Of a stretch of 32,000 nt of DNA, positions 1 through 10,401 are shown one piece after another. How positions within the stretch are numbered: position 1 is the first letter of the stretch; each line of letters starts with the position of its first letter. The position numbers and the translations under genes were made by a program. The notes under the pieces are model-generated. The model had not been told where the DNA came from, searched no databases, and saw only the letters and a list, made by a program, of their open reading frames with translations. This DNA is from Xylella taiwanensis (lineage in GTDB: Bacteria > Pseudomonadota > Gammaproteobacteria > Xanthomonadales > Xanthomonadaceae): positions 510,001-542,000 of the forward strand of contig NZ_CP053627.1 in NCBI RefSeq assembly GCF_013177435.1. Direction: 5' to 3'.

Positions 1-2
1 AT

Positions 3-1976
3 TTCGGCAAGATTGATTTTGAGCCAACCGAGGATGACCGCCTGGAATTGAGCGTTCAGTACCGTGACGAAACCCAAATCGATAATATTGGTGGTCAGAA
101 TGCCGCCGATCATGGTCTAAACAAAATCAATAAAGACAAACGCAGCAGCCTGCGTTGGCAGCACAGTAATGATGCTTGGTTTAATGAACTGATCTTCAGC
201 CGGGAAAATGCGAAGAACAATCCTAATCCGATGAGTATCGGCAATGGTTTTAATTACGTGTATCTGGACGCAACGGATCCTAATATCGGTGAGTACACCT
301 TCCTTTCAGTAGGTCCTGACGGTGGCGCAAGCATGCAGCGCCGTGGTCAAAATGGTTGGTCGTTGCAGAACGATCTGACGTTTACCAGCTTTAAGTGGCA
401 TGGTGACCACACCATTAAAATGGGGGGCAGCTATAAGAAAATTAATCTGCAAGCGCAAGATGCAGCTTCGTTGAACCCGCAATTTAGTTATGCGGTTGAC
501 CCCACTGGGGTGGCCCCGACGCCATACCGCGTTGATTTCTATTCACCCTATGCGACACCTGGACAGAAGGCCTTGGTGGAAACCAGGGCCAAGCAGTACG
601 GCATCTATCTTCAGGATGATTGGAATGTCAATGAGAAACTGACCCTGAATTTGGGGGTGCGCTGGGATTACGAGGACAATCCGGCCTATACCGATTTTGT
701 GACTTCACGGTCGTTCGTTGAAACACTTTATGCGGACGATCCTGAGAATCCTGGTCACCCGTGGGCCAATCGATTACTGTCTAGCGGCATCAACGTTGCC
801 GATTACATTAGCAATGGTCACAACCGTAATAACTTCAAGCACGGGTGGGCGCCGCGTTTTGGCTTCTCTTATGACATTTTTGGTGACGAGGCGGCGGTCA
901 TTCATGGCGGCGCTGGGCGCTCGTATGATCGTAATTTATTCGAACAAATGGCCTATGAGACTAGTAAGGCGGCGTTGTCTCCGGTTGCTGTGTATTTCCA
1001 GAATCCAGCCACTAACATGTGTTATCACTCCGATCGTGTTTGTGTGCCTTGGGATCCGAAATATCTCAATGGTATTGATCAATTGAATGCAATTGCTGGG
1101 GTCAGTGGCAGTGGTGAACTGTTTATCTTCAACAATAGACTTAAGACCCCTTACAGCGATCAATACAGCATTGGCATCAGCAACAAGATAGGAGGTTGGC
1201 TGACCGATGTCACTTTCCAGCGTGTATTGAGTAATGATGGTTTCGCGATGTCGCTCGTCAACCGCTATCCGGATGGCACGTACTTTGATGCCACCGGCAG
1301 CGCGCCATGGGATGAGCCGGTACCTGGTTACAAGAACACGATTCTCGGCATGAATGGCCTGAAGCAGCGTAGTAGCCAAGTGTTGTTGTCTGCAGAGAAG
1401 CCTTATACCAAGGAATCCGGTTGGGGAGTCAATGTGGCCTACACGCACAGCAGTGCGCGTCATAATCGCAGCATCGACGAGCCCTTCGCATTCGACAAGG
1501 CGACGATTCATGAGTATCCGTTCGTCAAGTCCGATGCGGTTGCCTCGCACCGTTTTGTTGTTTCTGGTTCGATGGATGGTCTGTGGGGGATGACCTTTGG
1601 TGCCAAGATGGTGCTGGCCACGCCCACTCCAATCAATACGATTGCTTGCTATGGCTATACCGATCCGGATGGCGCGCAGTGCCAGCAGATTGGAGTCACT
1701 CCACCAGGCAACGGAAAGTTCTTGGTCGGGGGTAAGATCTGGGGTTATCGCACGGTGGATTTCCAGGCGAGTAAAGTGTTCACGCTGTTTGGTGATTTCA
1801 AGCTGTCGGCACGTGTGAATCTGCTCAATGCGTTTAATTTCAAGAATTACGCATCCTATGTCTATAACAGTTTCGGTAGTGATGGACGATTGCAACCGGA
1901 TATCGCAATCAATCGGATCGGTGATATCAACTATGTCCCACGCACAGTGACGTTCGAGCTTGGAATGAAGTTCTGA
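3..1976 (+). CDS. TonB-dependent outer-membrane receptor, C-terminal part (5' end outside the window)
   Basis: The frame is open from base 3 (FGKIDFEPTEDDRLELSVQYRD...), so the listed start at 48 is not the true start. The sequence is a Y/G/N/D-rich beta-barrel type and ends ...VTFELGMKF with the terminal Phe typical of TonB-dependent receptor barrels. A hairpin terminator follows. Confidence 0.85.
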   Translation, partial: FGKIDFEPTEDDRLELSVQYRDETQIDNIGGQNAADHGLNKINKDKRSSLRWQHSNDAWFNELIFSRENAKNNPNPMSIGNGFNYVYLDATDPNIGEYTFLSVGPDGGASMQRRGQNGWSLQNDLTFTSFKWHGDHTIKMGGSYKKINLQAQDAASLNPQFSYAVDPTGVAPTPYRVDFYSPYATPGQKALVETRAKQYGIYLQDDWNVNEKLTLNLGVRWDYEDNPAYTDFVTSRSFVETLYADDPENPGHPWANRLLSSGINVADYISNGHNRNNFKHGWAPRFGFSYDIFGDEAAVIHGGAGRSYDRNLFEQMAYETSKAALSPVAVYFQNPATNMCYHSDRVCVPWDPKYLNGIDQLNAIAGVSGSGELFIFNNRLKTPYSDQYSIGISNKIGGWLTDVTFQRVLSNDGFAMSLVNRYPDGTYFDATGSAPWDEPVPGYKNTILGMNGLKQRSSQVLLSAEKPYTKESGWGVNVAYTHSSARHNRSIDEPFAFDKATIHEYPFVKSDAVASHRFVVSGSMDGLWGMTFGAKMVLATPTPINTIACYGYTDPDGAQCQQIGVTPPGNGKFLVGGKIWGYRTVDFQASKVFTLFGDFKLSARVNLLNAFNFKNYASYVYNSFGSDGRLQPDIAINRIGDINYVPRTVTFELGMKF

Positions 1977-1985
1977 AGCACCATA

Positions 1986-2027
1986 ATGCCCGTCGTCCGG
2001 TTGCGTCAGTCGACGGGCATGTTTTCT
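1986..2027 (+). terminator. Rho-independent terminator after the TonB-dependent receptor gene
   Basis: A 10-bp stem, atgcccgtcg (1986-1995) pairing with cgacgggcat (2011-2020), has a 15-nt loop and is followed by gttttct. It lies 10 nt after the stop codon. Confidence 0.7.
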
Positions 2028-2407
2028 ATGGCTTTGCTGGGGTGTTGTCGCTATCAGCGCCTGATGATTACACCATGATAGGGGCGCAGCACAAACAGTG
2101 TTTTCCCACCTCACGTTATTGTTGGTGGCGACAGCCGACTGGATGGATTGTTCTGGAATGTGCTTGAAGCAATTTAGTCTGCGTAACGATGATTCATCGT
2201 GGTCGAATCTAAAGCCATTGGCAGACACGGAGGTGTTAGCGAAACTTCGGGGCTGAGCGTTTAATGATTTAATTCATGGCGACTCATCAAAGCCATTTAG
2301 AATCCTGCTATCCCGTTATCAAGATAATGTTTGCCTCTGCTGCTGCTCGTGGCTAAATGTCATTGTTATGTGCATTTCGAAATGCTCCTGAGGTTTTCGG
2401 GGCGTTC

Positions 2408-3850
2408 TCAATACCGATAGTGCTCAGGTTTGAATGGTCCTTCTACTGATACACCGAGATAGGCGGCCTGGTTGGCAGTGAGTGTGGTGAGTTTCACGCC
2501 GATCTTTTCCAGATGCAGACGTGCGACTTCTTCGTCCAATTTTTTTGGCAAGCGGTACACGTTCTTTTCGTAAACGTCCTTGTTTTCCCACAGATCAATC
2601 TGCGCCAGTGTTTGATTGGCGAAGCTGTTAGACATGACGAAGCTTGGATGACCAGTCGCGCAGCCCAAGTTGACGAGGCGGCCTTCTGCAAGAAGAAAGA
2701 GTGTATTGCCGTTGGGTAATACGAATTTATCCACCTGCGGTTTGATATTGATCTTTTGTACCCCGGTGAGGGCGTGCAGTGCATCGACCTGAATTTCGTT
2801 GTCGAAGTGGCCGATGTTGCAGACGATGGCCTGATCTTTCATCGTGGTCAGGTGTTCGATCCGGATGACATCTTTGTTACCAGTGGTGGTGACGTAGATG
2901 TCGGCTTGGCCGAGAGTGTCCTCGACCGTAGTGACCTCGAAACCCTCCATGGCGGCTTGCAGTGCGCAGATAGGATCGATCTCGGTCACGATCACACGGG
3001 CACCGTAGGCGCGCAAACTGTGCGCGGAACCCTTGCCAACGTCGCCGTAGCCGCATACCACGGCTAGCTTACCGGCCAACATCACATCCATTGCACGTTT
3101 TAAGCCATCGGCCAGGGACTCGCGGCAACCATACAGATTGTCGAATTTACTTTTGGTCACCGAATCATTGACGTTGATTGCCGGCACAAGCAGCTTGCCG
3201 GCGGTAGCGATTTGGTACAGGCGGTGTACACCAGTAGTGGTTTCCTCAGAAACACCCTTCCAGTCGTTGACGACCCGAGTCCAGTAGCCAGGACGCTCGA
3301 TTGCGATGCGTTTGAGTAGGCGTTTAATCACCTGTTCCTCATGTGAGCAGGCGGGTTCATCGACCCACGTTGAGCCGTTCTCCGATTCATAACCTTTGTG
3401 GATCAGCAGGGTGGCGTCGCCGCCGTCATCCACAACCAGTTCCGGACCGGCCAGAGTGCCATCGGCCAACGTAAAGGTTAATGCCTCCAGCGTGCAATCC
3501 CAGTATTCCTCCAATGTCTCTCCCTTCCAGGCGAACACAGGCGTGCCTGTGGCGGCGATCGCAGCAGCAGCATGATCTTGAGTGGAAAAGATGTTGCATG
3601 AGGCCCAGCGTACATCGGCACCGATGTCTTGCAGTGTTTCAATCAATACTGCCGTCTGGATGGTCATATGGAGGGAGCCCGTCACCCGTACGCCCTTGAG
3701 TGGCTCTTTGGCGGTGTATTTACGGCGAATGGACATGAGGCCCGGCATCTCGTGTTCGGCGATGTCGATTTCTTTGCGACCCCAGTCGGCCAAGGAAATG
3801 TCAGCTATCTTGTAGTGGGTATTCGGTGATGGCTTGAGAAGCGCGTTCAT
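2408..3850 (-). CDS. ahcY: S-adenosyl-L-homocysteine hydrolase (adenosylhomocysteinase)
   Basis: The 480-aa ORF carries hallmark AhcY sequence: [58 protein letters not shown]. It also has the NAD-binding stretch [10 protein letters not shown] and the C-terminal ...[10 protein letters not shown]. Confidence 0.97.
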   Translation of the reverse strand: MNALLKPSPNTHYKIADISLADWGRKEIDIAEHEMPGLMSIRRKYTAKEPLKGVRVTGSLHMTIQTAVLIETLQDIGADVRWASCNIFSTQDHAAAAIAATGTPVFAWKGETLEEYWDCTLEALTFTLADGTLAGPELVVDDGGDATLLIHKGYESENGSTWVDEPACSHEEQVIKRLLKRIAIERPGYWTRVVNDWKGVSEETTTGVHRLYQIATAGKLLVPAINVNDSVTKSKFDNLYGCRESLADGLKRAMDVMLAGKLAVVCGYGDVGKGSAHSLRAYGARVIVTEIDPICALQAAMEGFEVTTVEDTLGQADIYVTTTGNKDVIRIEHLTTMKDQAIVCNIGHFDNEIQVDALHALTGVQKINIKPQVDKFVLPNGNTLFLLAEGRLVNLGCATGHPSFVMSNSFANQTLAQIDLWENKDVYEKNVYRLPKKLDEEVARLHLEKIGVKLTTLTANQAAYLGVSVEGPFKPEHYRY

Positions 3851-3889
3851 GGCGGGATGTCGGTAATGGGCAGATGGGCGGAAGGTCTG

Positions 3890-3985
3890 CGGTTTCTGGG
3901 CGCCGTTGAACGGTCAAGATTCCGATCGAGCTTGGCAGGCGGCAAGGCGGGAAACCGGTCGCAGCACCCCTCAACGGGGAGCCGA
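3890..3985 (-). promoter_or_regulatory. Probable SAH riboswitch in the ahcY leader, with a TATAAT -10 box just upstream
   Basis: The minus-strand leader reads ...cguuGAGGGGUGCUGCGAC...CAAGCUCGAUCGG...CAACGGCGCCCag. This matches the conserved SAH-riboswitch blocks as I recall them (GAGGnGCGCUGCGAC / CAGGCUCGG / AACGGCGCUC). GGGUGC can pair with GCGCCC with one G-U pair, and UUGAG with CUCGA. A TATAAT box (plus coordinates 3987-3992) would start transcription near the element. I could not draw a clean P2 hairpin. Confidence 0.6.
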
Positions 3986-4427
3986 CATTATATCGTTCAC
4001 TTCGTGGTGTGACTGTCTCCTGGTAATGATCCACCATTCGCAGTGGAAGGAGCGTAAGAGGAGAGGCGGAGTACGTTCAGATTAATTTCTCCTCCAGGAT
4101 GAGGTGGACATCTCCAGCAGTTTCCATACCAAAGTGGCGAGGAAGCTTCTTATCTTAGGAGATGCTCTAATTGTCTTCGAATAAGAAAACTACCGTGCAT
4201 CTCATCATTGCAAAAACCTGCAGAAGTGTGTCGAAACCGTACTACTTATAGATACTTCGTTTTTATCCGCATTTTTGTTGCATTTTTCTTGTTTATATCA
4301 ATGAAAATTCAGAATCGCATCAAGATCAGTCGCATGGTGTCGGTCATGGTGAATGTTTTGATTGATACTTACTCTGTGTTTTCGGTTTCTCTATGAAAGT
4401 ATTGCAAGGTTCGTCATGGAGGAAAAT

Positions 4428-4616
4428 ATGTTTATGCTGTCAGTAGTCGTGATGTTGTTGTGTTTCATTTTCTCAATTTTTATTGTCCAAGATTGGCTTT
4501 GCGTACCTGTACGGCTACAACAGAAATTGAGCCGAATATGCAAGCCCAACATGATTGGTATCCTTGCTGTGCTTAAGGACTGTTCAGAAGCTGTCATTGA
4601 ACTCAGGGGAAGATAA
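4428..4616 (+). CDS. Hypothetical small single-pass membrane protein (62 aa), speculative
   Basis: A strong Shine-Dalgarno GGAGGA (4418-4423) lies 4 nt before the ATG at 4428. The N-terminus MFMLSVVVMLLCFIFSIFIV looks like one transmembrane helix. It sits in an AT-rich, ORF-poor block, and I recognise no homology. Confidence 0.2.
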   Translation: MFMLSVVVMLLCFIFSIFIVQDWLCVPVRLQQKLSRICKPNMIGILAVLKDCSEAVIELRGR

Positions 4617-5967
4617 AGTCGGTTCGCTTCTTCCTCTTAGTTTGGTAAAGCTGGAGGATGGATGTGAGCACATCCTATGCATTCTCTTATGGTGCTTCGA
4701 GAAGCGTTATCCAACGGATGATCTTTGTTTCTTACTTTTTACCAAAGACATTCATGACTCAGTTTGCCTAATATTCTATGTGTCCACCGATGAATATATG
4801 TTGTAACAGCATTGTTGCTTTGTCGTTTCTGATTTGTCTCTGGATGACGGCGTGTTCCAATGTGATATGTTGATTGGCGAATGACTTACCTGAAAAATCA
4901 AGAAAGTAGTCTGAATCTCAAAGCAAACCAGAGTGTCTCCACTGTTGCGGCATGATTTATGTTTTGCGTTCCCAATCCAGTTGGGTCACCTCTATATCGA
5001 TTCGGTGAGTGTCTTTACACTGGAACTGCTTCAGAAGGCTGAGGTCTTGTAATGCTGGGAACGCAGCGTTGCTGTGTGCACGAGAGATTTGTATTGATCG
5101 GACGCCAAGGGTTTACAAAACATCTGTTAAAGCAGCTTATTGAATAGCATGATGGCGGTTGTGCTCTGCACGGTGAATATGACGCTATGATGAATATTGA
5201 TGCGTCTTATTTTATAGATTCATTTTCTATCTTTCATGAATGCGGCATGGTTATCTCCCTTTTCAACGTTTGCTGATCTGTTTGCGTAAATGGTTTTGTT
5301 TCATAGAGAGCTGGAGCATACAGAATTTGGATAGTTATTGAACACTTGAAACGGCATGCTTCACTCAGCTAATGACATATCCTGCATCGAATCTGCTGTG
5401 GCCGATGTGGCGGATCGATGCGGTATTTGCACTGTATGTTTGGATGTTGAATTTTTTGAAGTGGCTCATAGAGATGAAATAGCATTCTGTAGCGATGTTT
5501 ACTCTCAGTACATTATCCAGTTGTATTTCAAACGTTGTAGTTGAATCCAGCGTACGATTAAAAACAATATCAAGTACCAACAGCTGCGTATCATTTCTTT
5601 CGTAGATACGATTCATGATGAAGCGCTGCGTTATTTTCTGGGATGATCGATACACTCCCTGTTGAATTTTATTTAGAGTCTTCTTTGATTCAACGCTTTG
5701 GGAACGTTGTATGACGCGTGATTGAAACGCAGAACCATGAAGATCGATCAGGTGATGCAGAGTACATCGTATGCTTTCAGGCTTCAGCGCATCAGTTCTT
5801 TTGATTTTTGGTGGCGCAAAGTGTTTGTGTCCCGCATGTATCGCAACGGTGCTCAGAATTTATTGTGCATTGTTACCGTAGAGTTGCTGCCCTCATCCTT
5901 GTGCCGCCTTGCCGGATCTAGTTTGCATGGCCGCGTGGGGGGATTCCTTTACTGCCGCCTTTACGCC

Positions 5968-7320
5968 ATGTCACGTATTGCCTTTCCTTCTTCCGGTGTT
6001 TTGTCTCTTCCACTTGCGGTCGGTTCACTCGATCGGCCACTGATATGGGTGCATGGGCAGCCTATTACTCTGCGTCGCTTCCTGGCTCAGGTCCGTGGTT
6101 TGGCTGCACAACTTCCTGAGGGAAGTTATGCAGTGAATTTGTGCGAGGATCGTTATCACTTTTTGTTGGTGTTTTGTGCTTGTGTATTGCGTGGCCAGAT
6201 TTCCCTTCTGCCGCCTTCACGTGCACCGGAAATGGTCGCTGAGATTTATGGCAGTTATCCGGACAGTTACTGTTTGGGTGACCAGACGTTATCACTGGAA
6301 TCGCTGTGCTATTGGCGTTTGCCCGAGATCTTGCCGGAAGTGGATGGTGCGATGCCGAGTCTGTCCGAAGATACTTTGGTTGCGATTTGTTTCACTTCCG
6401 GCAGTACCGGGGTGCCTCAATCCAATCCCAAGACTTGGGGCAGTCTCATGACCGGTACTCAGCAGGACTGGTCTGCATTGTGTAGTTTGTGTGGTTTGCA
6501 GGTTCCGACGGTGGTAGCCACAGTGCCACCGCAGCACATATACGGTATGGGATTTTCGGTGTTGTTGCCGTTGATGGCACCAGTGGCAGTGCATGCTGGT
6601 CGACCGTTTTTCCCTGAAGACGTTGCGCGAACCTTAGCTGAGGTACCGGCACCTCGCTTGTTGGTCACCACACCGGTGCATCTTCGTGTGTTGGTTCAAT
6701 CGGGTCTGCGCTTTCCTGAAATTGTCGGTATTGTTTCGGCGACTGCACCGCTCGCACGCGATTTGGCGATTGCAGCTGAAGCCTGCTTTGGTTGTGAGTT
6801 ACGTGAGATGTTTGGTTCTACTGAAACCTGCGGGTTTGCGGTGCGCCGCACAGCGTATGAACAAGCATGGAGACTTTTGGATGGTGTGAGCATCGAGGTT
6901 GATGCTGATGTGACTTGGGTGCGTGCCCGTCATCTGGCTGCGCCGGTGTCCATCGCTGATCTTGTGGACGTGTACGACGACGGTCGTTTTGAGGTGCTTG
7001 GGCGTCAGGCCGATCTGTTGGAGATTGCCGGCAAGCGTGCTTCGTTGAGTGAGTTGAATCGGTGTCTGCTGGCCATTCCTGGTGTGATTGATGGTGCGTT
7101 GGTGCAGATGCCGCTTGAAGCTGACCAGGCGGTGGGTCGCATTGCCGCGGTGGTGGTCGCGCCGACACTGCAAGAGGTGCATATCCAGAAGATGTTGCGT
7201 ACGAAGATGGATCCGCTCTTTCTGCCGCGTCGTCTACGCAAGGTCGATGCCTTGCCACGTAATGAGACTGGCAAACTGCCACGTGAGGCGTTACTAGCGT
7301 TGTTGGCTGATGTGTGTTGA
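5968..7320 (+). CDS. AMP-dependent synthetase/ligase (acyl-CoA synthetase-like adenylating enzyme)
   Basis: Adenylation motifs are present: FTSGSTGVPQ (A3), EMFGSTETCG (A5), GRQADLLEIAGKRASLSEL (A8) and LPRNETGKLPR (A10 lysine). The start is set at the ATG at 5968 (MSRIAFPSSG...). The ORF track extends to 5722, but that N-terminal 82 aa looks non-coding. The exact start is uncertain. Confidence 0.85.
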   Translation: MSRIAFPSSGVLSLPLAVGSLDRPLIWVHGQPITLRRFLAQVRGLAAQLPEGSYAVNLCEDRYHFLLVFCACVLRGQISLLPPSRAPEMVAEIYGSYPDSYCLGDQTLSLESLCYWRLPEILPEVDGAMPSLSEDTLVAICFTSGSTGVPQSNPKTWGSLMTGTQQDWSALCSLCGLQVPTVVATVPPQHIYGMGFSVLLPLMAPVAVHAGRPFFPEDVARTLAEVPAPRLLVTTPVHLRVLVQSGLRFPEIVGIVSATAPLARDLAIAAEACFGCELREMFGSTETCGFAVRRTAYEQAWRLLDGVSIEVDADVTWVRARHLAAPVSIADLVDVYDDGRFEVLGRQADLLEIAGKRASLSELNRCLLAIPGVIDGALVQMPLEADQAVGRIAAVVVAPTLQEVHIQKMLRTKMDPLFLPRRLRKVDALPRNETGKLPREALLALLADVC

Positions 7321-8434
7321 TTAAAGATGGTTATGGATTTGTGTCAAGTTCTTTGCGAATCGAAGCCGTAGGAGGGAAGCTCAGATCTGATAGTGATCTT
7401 TATGATGCACGTTGGTGTTGTTCCTCAATCATGCACGTTCGATCTTATCGAGGATGAATGAGGTGGTGTTGTCCGGATGAAGGAGTGTGTGTGTGGAGGG
7501 AATCGTGTTTCACACACTGCTTGATGGTGTTGGACCGCATCCTTGACGTTACGGTTTGATGGGTAAGGTGCGGAGCATCAAGAATCACGTTAAGGTTAAT
7601 GCATTGGGCCGCTATACCTGGTTTCACCTCACGCTTGAACATGTGCCTATGGTCTGGAAGGTGTTGATGCCTTTTTGGAATTAAGGGGCGCTTGCCAATT
7701 GGGTCTGCAATGTGGACAGGTGAGCGGTGATTGCCTTTCTCCAGCCTAAAGTGCAAGGAGTGGAAGAGATTGGATTGTGGCTTTTACAAGGCACGTTATA
7801 TGTTCGAATACTTCTGTATCTGCTTTATAAGCAACACTGCGCTGGTGAATAAAATTGCTTGCAACGTTGTTGGATGTTATTGATCTATTCGTATTGCTTA
7901 TTTGAATCAATTGATGAGATATCTTGTTTGCTGATAGCCATCTTGGCGTGGTGTTGATATCTGGTAATCCAGCATCGGATGCAAATATAGGTCTTCGTCC
8001 AGGAGGTGAAAGAAGTGCCTGGAATTCACGGTGGCAGTTGGCTCACTACTTGTGCTGTGTCGGTATTTTGCCAGTGACTGGGTCTAAGGTAACCAACATG
8101 GGCGTGTTGCCATAGTGTGTTGTCGAGAGGGATGTTCTGGGGATCATGTGGCTTTATAAATCAGCAGCAGCGGTGTTTAGTTGTGAAGTCCCCATGTCAT
8201 TCCCAGTTTGTAAATTGCATGATTCTCTGTTGCGTCCTATGGTGATGCAAAGGCTCTGAAACACGTCATTTGTGTTTGTGTTTCTTGGTCTTTGTTACTA
8301 AGTTGAATAAATGAGGGAAGTGCGTTGTGTCGGCGCACAGCGTCCGGTTGGGCCTTCAGTGGCTTCGGAAAAGTCGCTTAATATTCAACTTGTTAATCCA
8401 TTTTGCTTGCAATCATTGAGTTCCTAATAGCATG

Positions 8435-9112
8435 TTAAAGTGCTTTAAGACATTGGGTCTCATTGTGCTGCTGTTCTGACTGTTTTGCGTGCATGGCTTC
8501 AGGGGCAAGCATCCTGCGCACTGGAGCGAAGCTGCGGCGGTGCTGTAGACATGGACCATGCCGTGTTAAAGCGGCAAGGTGTGCTGGTGTTCCGTATCCT
8601 TTGTGTTTGTCGAAGCCGTAGTGTGGATACTGTAGATGCAGCTCAGTCATATAGCGGTCACGGGTGACCTTGGCCAGAATCGAAGCTGCCATGATGGTGC
8701 GATCACGTGCATCGCCGCCGACCAGAGCTTCAGCGGGGCAGGGGAGATCTTTAGGTACACGGTTGCCATCAATCTTTGCGAAGCTGGCCACATGCGCTAC
8801 GCCTTCCACCGCTAAGCGCATGCCGAGCATAGTGGCTTGGTAAATATTAAGTGCGTCGATCTGTGTGCTGTCGATCATGACCACTTGATAGGCCAGTGCG
8901 CGCTCGACGATGTGAGCGTAGAGACGTTCACGGCATGTAGGGGACAATTGTTTGGAATCATTCAGGCCATTGATGCGTGCTCGCGATGGATCGAATACCA
9001 CTGCTGCGACTACGACTGGTCCGGCGAGCGGACCGCGTCCGGCTTCGTCGACTCCAGCGACAAGTACCGTGTTGGTACTGAGGAGATGTTGTGTATCAAA
9101 TAGGGAGACCAT
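8435..9112 (-). CDS. rnhB: Ribonuclease HII
   Basis: The 225-aa ORF has [28 protein letters not shown] and a typical RNase HII C-terminal half. Its position after lpxB is conserved. It overlaps the lpxB 3' end by 17 nt. Confidence 0.95.
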   Translation of the reverse strand: MVSLFDTQHLLSTNTVLVAGVDEAGRGPLAGPVVVAAVVFDPSRARINGLNDSKQLSPTCRERLYAHIVERALAYQVVMIDSTQIDALNIYQATMLGMRLAVEGVAHVASFAKIDGNRVPKDLPCPAEALVGGDARDRTIMAASILAKVTRDRYMTELHLQYPHYGFDKHKGYGTPAHLAALTRHGPCLQHRRSFAPVRRMLAPEAMHAKQSEQQHNETQCLKAL

Positions 9113-10325
9113 GGTTACTGGCTGTGTGTGCTGCTAATTCGTGACTCAGTGTCCCTGAGTTTTGCAGCGTGCCTCTAGGTAATAGCTCGGCGACTGCTTC
9201 CGCTGCACGTGCCGAGGCGTTACGGCGCAGTTGTGCGTGTAATGCCAGATAACTGCTTTGTAGTGCGGTCACCTTCTGAGGATGCCTGAACCAGTCCAAC
9301 AGCGCAGCGCATAGCGCCGGTGCGGTGCAATCATTCTGTATAAGCTCGGGCGCAAGGTCTTCTCCTGCGAGGATGTTGGGTAGGGCGAAGCGATCGATCT
9401 TCAGTAGCTTCAATGCTTTGACAATGCGATAAGTGAGTGGTGCGACTTTGTAAGCCACGACCATTGGCCGTTTGGCCAACATTGCTTCGAGGGTGGCCGT
9501 GCCAGAGGCCACCAGTACCACGTCTGCAGCCAACATTGCAGTGCGAGCGCAACTATCGAGCAAGTGTGAGTGCATGACGGGTAACGTTGAGTGCGAGAGT
9601 TGTTCGGCCAGTAGTGATTTGCATTGTGCATTTGCGGCCGGAATGACGACATGCAGCCCGGGTAGGTGTTCGGACAACTGCCCGGCGGCTTCTAAGAAGG
9701 TTGTGCCGAGTTGGCTAATCTCGCTATGGCGGCTGCCTGGAAGGACCGCCAGCACTGGGTTGAGAATGGGCAGGCCAAGCGTAGCTCGCGCTGCGGCACG
9801 GTTGGTTCGATAGGGAATCTCGTCGGCCATGGGATGACCGACGAAGCGTGCATCAATGCCGTAGCGTGCGTAAATAGGTGGTTCCATTGGGAATAGACAC
9901 AGTACGCGGTCGGCGCTAGCACCGATTTTCCGGGCACGTTTCTCGCGCCAAGCCCATACCGATGGGCTGACGTAGTGAACGGTGCGAATGTTACGTTGCT
10001 TGAACCAGCGTTCTACCGTTAGGTTAAAGTCTGGTGCGTCAATACCGATCAATACGTCGGGATGCCAGATGAGTGCACGCTTGCAGAATTCGTGACGTAC
10101 CTTTAATAGATGTGGCAGATGCCGCAGTACCTCGGTCAGGCCCATGACCGCTAGTTCGCTCGTGTCGAACCAGGTCTGACAGCCCGCTGAGCGCATCAGA
10201 TTCCCGCCGATGCCGACGAATTCTGCAGCAGGAAAGTGCATGCGCAGTTGCTGAATCAACCCAGCACCAAGTAGGTCGCCTGATGCTTCACCCGCAATCA
10301 GGGCGATGCGAGGCGCTTGGGTCAT
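9096..10325 (-). CDS. lpxB: Lipid-A-disaccharide synthase
   Basis: [24 protein letters not shown]... is a typical LpxB N-terminus. The start is taken at the ATG at 10325. The track ORF extends to 10523, but that part overlaps lpxA in another frame and reads as junk. The position between lpxA and rnhB is conserved. Confidence 0.93.
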   Translation of the reverse strand: MTQAPRIALIAGEASGDLLGAGLIQQLRMHFPAAEFVGIGGNLMRSAGCQTWFDTSELAVMGLTEVLRHLPHLLKVRHEFCKRALIWHPDVLIGIDAPDFNLTVERWFKQRNIRTVHYVSPSVWAWREKRARKIGASADRVLCLFPMEPPIYARYGIDARFVGHPMADEIPYRTNRAAARATLGLPILNPVLAVLPGSRHSEISQLGTTFLEAAGQLSEHLPGLHVVIPAANAQCKSLLAEQLSHSTLPVMHSHLLDSCARTAMLAADVVLVASGTATLEAMLAKRPMVVAYKVAPLTYRIVKALKLLKIDRFALPNILAGEDLAPELIQNDCTAPALCAALLDWFRHPQKVTALQSSYLALHAQLRRNASARAAEAVAELLPRGTLQNSGTLSHELAAHTASNHGLPI

Positions 10326-10401
10326 GTCAAGATGCCGTGGTGAGTAAGTCCGGTGTGTGGTACCGCGCTGTTGGTGGGTATCGCTTCCCTTGAAGTTGGA
10401 T

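Noticed and set aside
936-2228. 430-aa ORF on the minus strand
   Set aside because: It lies entirely antisense to the well-supported TonB-dependent receptor gene. Its composition is odd (Arg/Ile/His-rich) with no recognisable motifs. It is a typical shadow ORF.
2341-2407. Possible terminator downstream of ahcY (palindrome gcatttcgaaatgc)
   Set aside because: The palindrome is short and is not followed by a U-tract on the minus strand. It is not convincing as an intrinsic terminator.
5365-5655. 96-aa minus-strand ORF with an ACP-like LDS motif at Ser38 (..NRTLDSTTTFEIQLDNVL..) next to the AMP-ligase
   Set aside because: The protein would be net basic, whereas real ACPs are strongly acidic. 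The ORF is AT-rich, starts with GTG and lacks a usable Shine-Dalgarno. The similarity is limited to a few positions. At best it is a decayed remnant.
5722-5967. N-terminal 82-aa extension of the AMP-ligase ORF
   Set aside because: The extension has no resemblance to adenylation-domain N-termini and an atypical composition. An internal ATG at 5968 gives a protein of normal size. The true start remains uncertain.
7445-7756. 103-aa minus-strand ORF considered as a transposase, integrase or toxin fragment
   Set aside because: I could recognise no catalytic motifs (DDE, the R..H..R..Y recombinase motif, or toxin folds). The composition is basic and His/Pro-rich, in DNA whose minus strand is depleted of stop-forming bases.
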